Source: a virus. Taken from it: a stretch of DNA of 64,000 bases. Positions within the stretch are counted from its first letter, which is position 1. Each line of letters begins with the position of its first letter. Below the pieces are notes generated by a model that did no database searches, was not told where the DNA came from, and saw only the letters and a list, made by a program, of their open reading frames with translations. Location: IMG/VR virus record IMGVR_UViG_3300045988_142974, positions 32,001 through 96,000 of that record. One strand, 5' to 3'. Made by a program: the position numbers and the translations under genes. Of the stretch, positions 36,766 to 43,686 are shown one piece after another.

Positions 36766-36996
36766 ATATGACGTACCTATAGTTTTATTCTCTGTTACAG
36801 ATATTTTTCTTGCCATTCATATCCACATGTATAACAGTGATATTCATAATAATAATGTAATGAGAAAAATGTTTCTTTTGATACAAAATTCAAATCTAAC
36901 CCTTTTGTTTTACCTTTTTGGTAACTCGTTTATAATATTTTTCTCCACATATAGGACAAGTTTTTTACGAATGGTATTTTTAATGATTCAAAATTT

Positions 36997-37395
36997 TTAC
37001 CTTTGCTCATTTATTTTATTCCTTTCTGTTTGCTCCAAATCAACATATCTCTCTTTAAAAATATCCTCTACAAAAAATACTGGCAATTTATCATGATATT
37101 TTTCATATAATTCCTCGTCAGGAATATGAGAGTAACATTTACCTATTGGTGAATTAACTTCTCTAACATAATCTTTTATAATAGATTTGTTTTTCTTGAA
37201 TCGCTCATTTATTTTTCCACAAATAGTACAGTAGGTATATAAACCTGTATTAAGATGAGTTTTTTCTATAAATGTGGATCTGTATTGAATCAAGCATTCT
37301 TCATATTGATGTTTGTGTTTGGATTTTCGGTTACTCTTTGAGATATTGCTTTCTTTTTGTTTAAGATATTTTTGGTATGTCTTGGTTTTTGACAT
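36997..37395 (-). CDS. hypothetical basic protein
   Basis: 132 aa, ATG at 37395, follows 37399..37632 with a 3-nt gap. Confidence 0.6.
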   Translation of the reverse strand: MSKTKTYQKYLKQKESNISKSNRKSKHKHQYEECLIQYRSTFIEKTHLNTGLYTYCTICGKINERFKKNKSIIKDYVREVNSPIGKCYSHIPDEELYEKYHDKLPVFFVEDIFKERYVDLEQTERNKINEQR

Positions 37396-37398
37396 TTG

Positions 37399-37632
37399 TT
37401 AATTTCCACGTAGGAACTCCTTTCGTTTCTTAAATATTTCCTTATGTTCATTTCTCTTTTTGAATAGATCTTCGCATACGCATATAATTATGTAATCTAC
37501 ATCATTAATATTTCCGTATTCTTGACAATCATGTTGAGCTGGTATCCACCAATCGTTATATAACTCATCAGTAGAAGCACAAGATAAGTTATTGTAAAAT
37601 CTTTGATATAATTCTATTTCTTGTAGCTGCAT
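37399..37632 (-). CDS. hypothetical small protein
   Basis: 77 aa, ATG at 37632. Confidence 0.55.
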   Translation of the reverse strand: MQLQEIELYQRFYNNLSCASTDELYNDWWIPAQHDCQEYGNINDVDYIIICVCEDLFKKRNEHKEIFKKRKEFLRGN

Positions 37633-37756
37633 AATAATTCTTTCTTATCTTATTTTGATATTTTCTATATAGTTATATTCTCTGATTTTTCAGATTAGAG
37701 CATGTATAGATGTGTATAGTTTTTTCATACCCCTGTTTGTGGACAAAAAATGAGTT

Positions 37757-37771
37757 TTTGAGGGTGAATTT
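37757..37771 (+). repeat. left copy of TTTGAGGGTrAAwTT word flanking the toxSAS gene
   Basis: TTTGAGGGTGAATTT. Compare TTTGAGGGTAAAATTT at 39808-39823. Confidence 0.6.
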
Positions 37772-37878
37772 CAATTTTTATGTCTTAGGTGATAACTTAT
37801 AAGGGTATGAGATGAAAGTGACTAATTTTTCTCTTCGCGTTGATTTACTTCCTAAATAGATTAATACAATTCTGTCAG

Positions 37879-37959
37879 CTAATTCATCAAATATATTTCT
37901 GAAGAGTTACATGATAAGTTATTAAATGTTTCTGTTGTAATTAATGTTAAGTTACTCAT
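37879..37959 (-). CDS. 26-aa peptide ORF with strong SD
   Basis: AAAGGAGG 7 nt before the ATG. MSNLTLITTETFNNLSCNSSEIYLMN. It lies 345 nt downstream of the toxSAS gene on the same strand. Confidence 0.35.
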   Translation of the reverse strand: MSNLTLITTETFNNLSCNSSEIYLMN

Positions 37960-38257
37960 ATAGAGTCCTCCTTTTAAATTTATTATTTTTTGTTTGGCGA
38001 GAGTAGTGTGACGATTATTTACAATAGATTATTCTCTTATATAAATTTGATTTATGAATTTTTGGCATTGTATGGATATGTTAATTAACAAAGAGAGTTA
38101 ATATAAAATTCTTTACATGGGATATAAGGGGTAAAATTAATGATTCGGAGTCTATTTTGGATTTTTATATATCAGGTGGCTAGTTGTTAGGGTAGAAGGG
38201 TAAAATTGAAATTTGAGCCGTGAAAGTGGATTTTAATATAAGGATAATAAGGATATA

Positions 38258-38283
38258 AAAATAACAGACATCACTGCCTGTTA
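38258..38283 (-). terminator. weak terminator after the toxSAS gene
   Basis: The minus strand reads AACAG-gcagtgatgt-CTGTT followed by ATTTTTAT. Confidence 0.4.
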
Positions 38284-38304
38284 TTTAGAATAATTAATAT
38301 TAAC

Positions 38305-39423
38305 TTATATTATAGAAGCGTTGTATTTTTCTACAATCGTTCTAAGTTTTGTAACAAAATGAGAGATGTCAACAAAATAATTTGGATATGCTAATCTTAA
38401 TGTTTCAAATGATGAGGCAGATACAAGTACAACATTTTTGTCAGAATTTTGTTCAATCTGATCGTAAGCTTTTGTAGCATATTCAAGATTTTTAAATGGT
38501 CTAACTTGTACGGTCTTTTTGTTATAATCAAGCAACAATATATAATATAAATTCTTATTTTTCTGATTGAATTTTTTACTTGCATAATCAATAGATACAT
38601 TTAATCCGCTTAATGTAGATATTATGTTATTTTTATTATCAAGATAATTAATTTCTTTGATTAATTCATCCATCCAATCAGAAGTATTAGGGCATACTGG
38701 CATTTTTTCTTCAATAGCAAATATAGATGATACCAATTCAAAAAATCTAAGGATATCATAATCACCTTGACTAGATTTAAGATTACTGTTTGTATATATA
38801 CCCATCATTTCTACAGCAGTTGCCCACATATGTTGCAATTTTGTGCGGAATTGGACTTCTATAAACATATTTTTATTATAAGTATCTTTTTTGTCACTAT
38901 AGAATTGATATACCATATGATAAGATCTATATCCTGATTGTTTTGGGTTAGCAATATAATCATATTCACGTTTAAGTATATGCCTTATTCGAGAGTTTTT
39001 ATACTTGTCAACCGCTTCATATACTTGCTCTATAGTATCTACGATTACACGACAACCACCTAAATCTTGCATTTTATATAATTGCATTTCGGGAAATCTT
39101 TGAATCTTGCCGGTTATAGATTCTAAACGTTTTAATCTTTGAACAACTATAGCATTAGGATTCTTCTTTCTAAGGTTGCTACATATAATTTGTAAAGGAT
39201 ATGCGTGTGCAGCTCTCCAATTGTTTAATATGACTAGTGCTTTTTTACGTTCTTCAGACGTTGAAAATGGATCAGCTATTATTTTTCCTGCTTTATTAAT
39301 CTGATTGCCTGAATATTTAGGTACTTCCCATTTTTCTTTATTGTTACTTAACATAAATTCCTCCTCAATACTTTTGATAATGGTATCTAAGTCAAGTATA
39401 TCACTTTTTACAATAGTTTTCAT
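38305..39423 (-). CDS. RelA/SpoT-domain protein, toxSAS class with C-terminal extension (CapRel-like fused toxin-antitoxin candidate)
   Basis: Motifs in order: NNWRAAHAYPLQ, RLKRLESITGKIQR, MQDLGGCRVIV, PKQSGYRSYHMVY, IEVQFRTKLQHMWATAVE. These are followed by a non-catalytic tail of about 150 aa. Confidence 0.8.
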   Translation of the reverse strand: MKTIVKSDILDLDTIIKSIEEEFMLSNNKEKWEVPKYSGNQINKAGKIIADPFSTSEERKKALVILNNWRAAHAYPLQIICSNLRKKNPNAIVVQRLKRLESITGKIQRFPEMQLYKMQDLGGCRVIVDTIEQVYEAVDKYKNSRIRHILKREYDYIANPKQSGYRSYHMVYQFYSDKKDTYNKNMFIEVQFRTKLQHMWATAVEMMGIYTNSNLKSSQGDYDILRFFELVSSIFAIEEKMPVCPNTSDWMDELIKEINYLDNKNNIISTLSGLNVSIDYASKKFNQKNKNLYYILLLDYNKKTVQVRPFKNLEYATKAYDQIEQNSDKNVVLVSASSFETLRLAYPNYFVDISHFVTKLRTIVEKYNASII

Positions 39424-39689
39424 GATAAAATCATTCCTTTCTTTATTTTAATTATTATGACATTTATAATTATTTATTCTCGTTATTGTTTATGAGTTTT
39501 ATTTAATATTGTGCATTGCTGTCTTTTTGTATAAAGGTTAAGTAATTAATATTATTTTTCACCTGTTTTTATGGTAATTATGGGGAGTTTATTGAAATTT
39601 ATGTGTAGTTTTATCGTAGCCCTCTGTATTGTCTTAAATGTAAAATTTTTAATTGGAAAAGTGATATCGGTAAAATTACTTATTTATAT

Positions 39690-39900
39690 AGAAGAAACGA
39701 GATTTTGGTATTGGATTTTGTGATGCAGGATTTTTAATTTTGGGGTTCAAAGATGGTTGAAAGTGGCTTGGTTAGTGGGTTTGAGCGATATGGGGTACGA
39801 TAAAGGGTTTGAGGGTAAAATTTGGGATTTTTGCTTGATTTTTAGTGGAAAATTAGAAATTATTTTGAAGTAAAATTTTGAAGTTGGTATGTAGATGAAT
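39690..39900 (+). repeat. C-depleted G/T-rich tract with reiterated short words
   Basis: By eye, only about 6 C in about 205 nt. GGGTTTGAG occurs twice (39777, 39805). TTTGAGGGTAAAATTT lies at 39808. GTAAAATT and GGATTTT recur. Similar tracts lie at 38100-38270 and 40600-40730. Confidence 0.65.
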
Positions 39901-39970
39901 CAGCTATAGGCTCTGTTGCATTTCCAGTCCTATTAGTTAGTTTTTACTACCCCCAGTTAGCTATATTTCA

Positions 39971-40238
39971 CGGTATTTGTACATTTTACCGTAGGATTTT
40001 AGAAGCTTCCTAGAGCGGTATTTATATAGTTTTGAAAACTATGTAATGTGGTTTTGATATTATTATTACATATAGTTTCAAGCTATGACATATCGTTTAT
40101 CATAGTTTTATTCTATATACAATAATTCAAATAAAAACTTTGAAAAGTTATTGACAAATTCGATTTAATATAGTAAACTACAATTAATCAATAACAAGTT
40201 GATTTAATTGAATCAACAAAGAAGTTCTAAAAAACTTC
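39971..40238. repeat. cluster of AT-rich palindromes/hairpins (origin-like)
   Basis: CGGTA..TACCG (39971-39991). A perfect ATAGTTTT-g-AAAACTAT (40026-40042). CTATGA..TCATAG (40083-40105). CAATTAATCAA..TTGATTTAATTG (40181-40210). GAAGTT..AACTTC (40221-40238). Confidence 0.6.
40151..40179 (+). promoter_or_regulatory. possible sigma-A promoter (weak -10)
   Basis: TTGACA, a 17-nt spacer, then TAAACT. Confidence 0.3.
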
Positions 40239-40247
40239 AATAAGTTG

Positions 40248-40276
40248 TTGACAACTACACAAAAGTGTAGTACAAT
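40248..40276 (+). promoter_or_regulatory. near-consensus sigma-A promoter with palindromic operator in the spacer
   Basis: TTGACA, a 17-nt spacer, then TACAAT. The spacer contains the perfect palindrome CTACAC-aaaa-GTGTAG (40255-40270). Confidence 0.75.
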
Positions 40277-40282
40277 ATAATT

Positions 40283-40510
40283 GTTCCAAAGGGGAACGAA
40301 AACACGGTACATAGTACCAACGATACTTTCCCTAAAGAGCAAAAAAGCGGTGAGGCGCTTCCAACACCAACACCGCAAAGGGGAATACTTAGATTCTCAA
40401 TCAGTCTAAGTATAACAAGCCAGTTCTGACTTGTCAATCCCCAACAAAATACCTTTTCCCATCCGTGGGAACTGGTACAACCGCAAAAGTCCATCCGTGG
40501 ACTTGAGCAA
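40283..40510 (+). ncRNA. ATG-free, multi-hairpin RNA (stand-alone ncRNA or first part of an ~830-nt early leader)
   Basis: No ATG in any frame from about 40283 to 40560. At least seven stems are present, including GTTCC/GGAAC, GGTAC/GTACC, GCGGTG/CACCGC, ACTTAGA/TCTAAGT and ACAAG/CTTGT. Twin hairpins TTCCCA-TCCG-TGGGAA and AGTCCA-TCCG-TGGACT share the core CCATCCGTGG. Confidence 0.55.
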
Positions 40511-41109
40511 AAATTTGTACATTGACAAACAAATATTGAAAGCAAGTATCTGATAGATATTTGAAAGTTTACTCATACTGGTTTAAATCCGTATGTTACA
40601 AGTATGCTGATTTAAGAATGGGAAAAGTTCGGGCTTATAGCTTAGATTTTCGGGTTGAAAGTAGCTTAAATTTTAACTGGTGTGAGTGAATGAGTAGGAA
40701 AAGGGTAGGCGAAAACAAGTAAATATTTTATAAAATCCGTAAATCCGTTTCATTAGCGGATATTTCAGGCGGTAACAATTGAATTAGGCTAACTAATTAG
40801 CCTTAAAGCGGTTAGAGAGTACAGACAACGGGGACACTGTACAAATTATCATAGTCGGTGGGCTTGCATTCTGCGAGTCTGTTTAACAAATAAGTTTAGG
40901 CTATGAGTTTATCTCATTTGATAAACAACAAAACTATTGTAGTGGTTTTTGGTTTGAGAAAAACTTTTTACCACTTATCAACTAAAAAGGTGTAACACGG
41001 CTACAACTGGGCATTACATATAAATAAGTCCTAATGTTGTAAAGGTCTAAAGCCCTTGTAAACAGTGGATAGCACTATAACTATATTTGAAATTTAAGGA
41101 GGTACTACT

Positions 41110-41733
41110 ATGAGTACAACAAAAAATAACAAAAAAGCAACTATTAATACGGCATCTGTAAAGGTGCAGTTTATGACTTCATCAAAGGACTTTACTGAAA
41201 CTATGGCTAAATTCTGGATTGCAATTAATCAGATGGCAGATAAAAAGCTTATTCTTCAAAACAACTTACGGATTAGCAAGGAATGGGCAGAACTCAAAAA
41301 GGATGATGCTGAGGCTCAGGCTATGTATTTAGCAGATGTTGAAAAGTATCAGGCAGAATTTGACGCATTTAAAGAAGAATACAATAAGCGTATTGACTCT
41401 TGCTATGAACTTTTAACAGATGAATTATACTCTGCTTACACTACATCAGAGGAAGAGTTTAAGAAGGCTATAAAAGAGTGGTTCTCTGCTCAGAAAATTG
41501 AAGCTACACCTACACTTATTAGCTTTATGACTGTAGCAGTAGGCTATAAAAACAGTAGCAATAAGCAGTTATTCAAGACTGGGAATGCTTTGTCTTATAA
41601 GGCTAAGACTACATTCAAAAATAGCTTTATGAGAGCACTTGCACAGCTTATGAAGGATAAGAATGCACTCAAAACAGATGCTTACAAATATACATACGTT
41701 GAACCAGAAAAGAAAAACAATAAGACAAACTAA
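41110..41733 (+). CDS. hypothetical protein (first gene of rightward arm)
   Basis: ATG 7 nt after AAGGAGG. 207 aa with Lys-rich termini. No motif recognised. Confidence 0.8.
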   Translation: MSTTKNNKKATINTASVKVQFMTSSKDFTETMAKFWIAINQMADKKLILQNNLRISKEWAELKKDDAEAQAMYLADVEKYQAEFDAFKEEYNKRIDSCYELLTDELYSAYTTSEEEFKKAIKEWFSAQKIEATPTLISFMTVAVGYKNSSNKQLFKTGNALSYKAKTTFKNSFMRALAQLMKDKNALKTDAYKYTYVEPEKKNNKTN

Positions 41734-41786
41734 CTTGTAAACACGCAACAAATCCGCTATACTATAAATAGGAAGGCGGTGAAAGG

Positions 41787-41978
41787 ATGGAAGAAATGAA
41801 TAACCAGGAAACAATTAAAATTTGTGTAGAAGAATTTTCACGCTTGCAGGAATGGATGGGAATGACAGAAAAGGAAACGCCTTTATATAAGTCAATGCAG
41901 GTGCGCTATAGAGATTTAAAAGTCATTCTATCTGCTTTAGGCGTGAATGTAACGGAACTTGATGTAATAAAAGAATAA
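41787..41978 (+). CDS. hypothetical small protein
   Basis: 63 aa. GAAAGG adjoins the start (an alternative ATG lies at 41796). A terminator follows. Confidence 0.55.
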   Translation: MEEMNNQETIKICVEEFSRLQEWMGMTEKETPLYKSMQVRYRDLKVILSALGVNVTELDVIKE

Positions 41979-41990
41979 TTGCAGAGTGGA

Positions 41991-42012
41991 GGCAGGCTTT
42001 GAGCCTGCCTTT
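41991..42012 (+). terminator. intrinsic terminator
   Basis: GGCAGGC-tttga-GCCTGCC followed by TTT. Confidence 0.65.
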
Positions 42013-42100
42013 AATGCACTATTTCAGTGTATGAAATAGCGGTCACAAGTCCGCAATTTAATTGTCGGTGGAGATAGTATCAAGAGCCGTGGAGGAAACT

Positions 42101-42520
42101 ATGACATCATTAATATTAAAGGGAATTGGAACAGCTATAAGATTTTCAAACGGAGTGTGCATATTAAACGCAACTCCACATCCACTCACGATGCAAGATA
42201 CAAACGGAGATCTTGTGACAGTTCCAACAAGTGTCCTCATTAATGCAAAGGCAGAAGAAAAAGCAGTAAATGACTTATTCGTAACAACTGTTTTTGTCGG
42301 TACGCCTGAGGGAAAAGAAATCATAAGGGACATAGAAGGAACCTATAGGGAAACCGGATGCGCTGATAGGCTTGTAATTGTCGGCAGTATTATTGCGTCT
42401 CAGGCATATCCAGGTAAAGTAGTTGGATTGTGTCCAGTTCCAGGGTTTGAACGTGTCACACCAAGCGAAAAGAGAATGCGCTGTGACAAGTTTACAGTAT
42501 TCACAGAAAATGAGGTATAA
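42101..42520 (+). CDS. hypothetical protein
   Basis: ATG 5 nt after GGAGG (the track ORF begins at an upstream TTG, 42062). 139 aa. Confidence 0.7.
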   Translation: MTSLILKGIGTAIRFSNGVCILNATPHPLTMQDTNGDLVTVPTSVLINAKAEEKAVNDLFVTTVFVGTPEGKEIIRDIEGTYRETGCADRLVIVGSIIASQAYPGKVVGLCPVPGFERVTPSEKRMRCDKFTVFTENEV

Positions 42521-42631
42521 AAATTATTATGATTATGGATATAAGGCAGACTAACAATCTGCCTTCCGTCTTACGGTGAAAGTCCGTAACCGATGAGCAG
42601 AAGCGAAACGGAAAATAATATATGATTAGAA

Positions 42632-42664
42632 GGGCAGACAACGCAAAGAGTCTGCTCTTTTATA
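42632..42664 (+). terminator. intrinsic terminator (last of three consecutive hairpins, 42543-42664)
   Basis: GGGCAGAC-aacgcaaaga-GTCTGCTC followed by TTTTAT. It is preceded by AAGGCAGA..TCTGCCTT and TTACGG..CCGTAA hairpins. Confidence 0.7.
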
Positions 42665-42687
42665 GTGTGCATTAACATAAAAATAGC

Positions 42688-42716
42688 TTGATAATTATAG
42701 TAAGCTATGATATATT
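42688..42716 (+). promoter_or_regulatory. sigma-A promoter overlapped by a palindrome, upstream of the HTH gene
   Basis: TTGATA, a 17-nt spacer, then TATATT. ATAGCTT-13 nt-AAGCTAT spans the -35 box and the spacer. Confidence 0.55.
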
Positions 42717-42739
42717 GGAGGTGATTGGAGGGAAACAAG

Positions 42740-43021
42740 ATGATAGTATATTATAAATTGGATTCGTTATTAGTTTCTAAGGGTATAAAAAAAATAGACT
42801 TGCAACGCAAATTAGGAATTAGTCCGTCAACAATGGCTAATTTTAGTAAGAATAAATATGTTGCTATGTCTATAATAGATAAGATATGTAAAGAGTTACA
42901 ATGTCAACCAGGAGATATTATGGCTTATGTTGACGAGAATGAAGCTGAAATTGCCTCAATCGAAGCTCAAATAGCAGAACTTGAAGCAAAGAAAAAACAG
43001 CTACAAGGCAAGGAGGAATAA
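42740..43021 (+). CDS. XRE/Cro-CI-type HTH transcriptional regulator with C-terminal coiled coil
   Basis: LLVSKGIKKIDLQRKLGISPSTMANFSKNK (HTH), followed by EAEIASIEAQIAELEAKKKQL. ATG 7 nt after GGAGGG. Confidence 0.8.
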   Translation: MIVYYKLDSLLVSKGIKKIDLQRKLGISPSTMANFSKNKYVAMSIIDKICKELQCQPGDIMAYVDENEAEIASIEAQIAELEAKKKQLQGKEE

Positions 43022-43023
43022 AC

Positions 43024-43260
43024 ATGAAAAATACAATAATAGGCTATTTAGTCGGCAAAGAAACTTTTTCTCCAGGAGAAGGCGACAATCCGAACTTCTT
43101 TAATTTTCCACGGAAATTTTTCCCCGATAGAAAAGAGGCGCTTGATGCCTTTAAAAAAGAAAAACAGAATAACTACCATTATGATTCCACAGGTAGTTAT
43201 GAAAGAGCCTATATTTGCTCGGTTATGAGTGATGGCTCAATCAGTGAATTTGAATATTAA
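43024..43260 (+). CDS. hypothetical small protein
   Basis: 78 aa. The ATG lies 2 nt after the upstream stop, and GGAGGA lies within the upstream gene's end. Confidence 0.65.
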   Translation: MKNTIIGYLVGKETFSPGEGDNPNFFNFPRKFFPDRKEALDAFKKEKQNNYHYDSTGSYERAYICSVMSDGSISEFEY

Positions 43261-43277
43261 TATTAAGGAGGAAAGTC

Positions 43278-43598
43278 ATGAAAAAAGAAAACTTAGATAG
43301 AATTAAAAGAGTAAGATTCTGCAACTATTCAGAATACGACTCAGAAAGATGCAACGATGGCGGTTGCTACGGTTTTTGGACAGACTACGACCGCCTTGAA
43401 AACGGAAAGTGGGAAGTCAGTTACGGCACAACGGCTGGTTTTGATTACTGCCCGGTGTGTGGCTCGTTCAACGATCACTACGACTATGACGAGGAAGAGT
43501 ATAGTTGCGGAGATTTTGAAACCGTAACGGAAACAGAACTGTTGGAAATCATCAATAACTTCACGGAAAATGAGGATGAGTATATAGAATACAAATAA
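43278..43598 (+). CDS. hypothetical acidic protein with CPVCG motif
   Basis: AAGGAGG 6 nt upstream. 106 aa with Cys pairs. Confidence 0.7.
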   Translation: MKKENLDRIKRVRFCNYSEYDSERCNDGGCYGFWTDYDRLENGKWEVSYGTTAGFDYCPVCGSFNDHYDYDEEEYSCGDFETVTETELLEIINNFTENEDEYIEYK

Positions 43599-43628
43599 TA
43601 TATACTCGTTAAAACAAAAAATAAATTA

Positions 43629-43654
43629 AGTACTCTAAAAGGGTACTATTTTAT
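43629..43654 (+). terminator. intrinsic terminator
   Basis: AGTAC-tctaaaagg-GTACT followed by ATTTTAT. Confidence 0.55.
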
Positions 43655-43686
43655 ATGCAAAAAAATAAAAAGGAGATTTAAAAACT

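Noticed and set aside
36707-37096. Plus-strand ORF 36707..37096 (129 aa) across the ParB-upstream repeats.
   Set aside because: It has no SD, a hydrophobic low-complexity translation of AT-rich DNA, and it overlaps the 3' end of a well-supported minus-strand gene.
39740-39830. A G-quadruplex formed by six G3-4 runs in the C-depleted tract.
   Set aside because: The loops between G-runs are 10-30 nt, far longer than in stable G4 motifs. The runs are better described as parts of the repeated GGGT words.
40283-40510. A T-box leader or riboswitch identity for the ATG-free RNA, based on a partial resemblance of GGGAACTGGTACAACCGCAA to the T-box GGTGGTACCGCG and CGCAAAG words reminiscent of c-di-GMP-I.
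   Set aside because: The match is interrupted, there is no specifier-loop/terminator-antiterminator arrangement or U-tract terminator, and the downstream genes are not aminoacyl-tRNA or nucleotide-signalling genes. The evidence is insufficient to name a family.
40184-40545. Minus-strand ORFs 40184..40378 and 40255..40545 from the track.
   Set aside because: They have no SD, overlap each other and the consensus plus-strand promoter and hairpins, and have Cys/Trp/Phe-rich nonsense-like composition typical of reading structured RNA antisense.
37633-41109. A CRISPR array or other regularly spaced repeat array in the gene-poor island.
   Set aside because: The repeated words are short (7-16 nt), degenerate and irregularly spaced. 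There is no repeat-spacer periodicity and no cas genes in the window.
42543-42631. The first two of three consecutive hairpins after gene 42101..42520, considered as a small RNA.
   Set aside because: Their arms (GGCAGA/TCTGCC) are the same type used by other terminators in this arm (41991, 52965). A compound terminator is the simpler reading, and there is no promoter in front.
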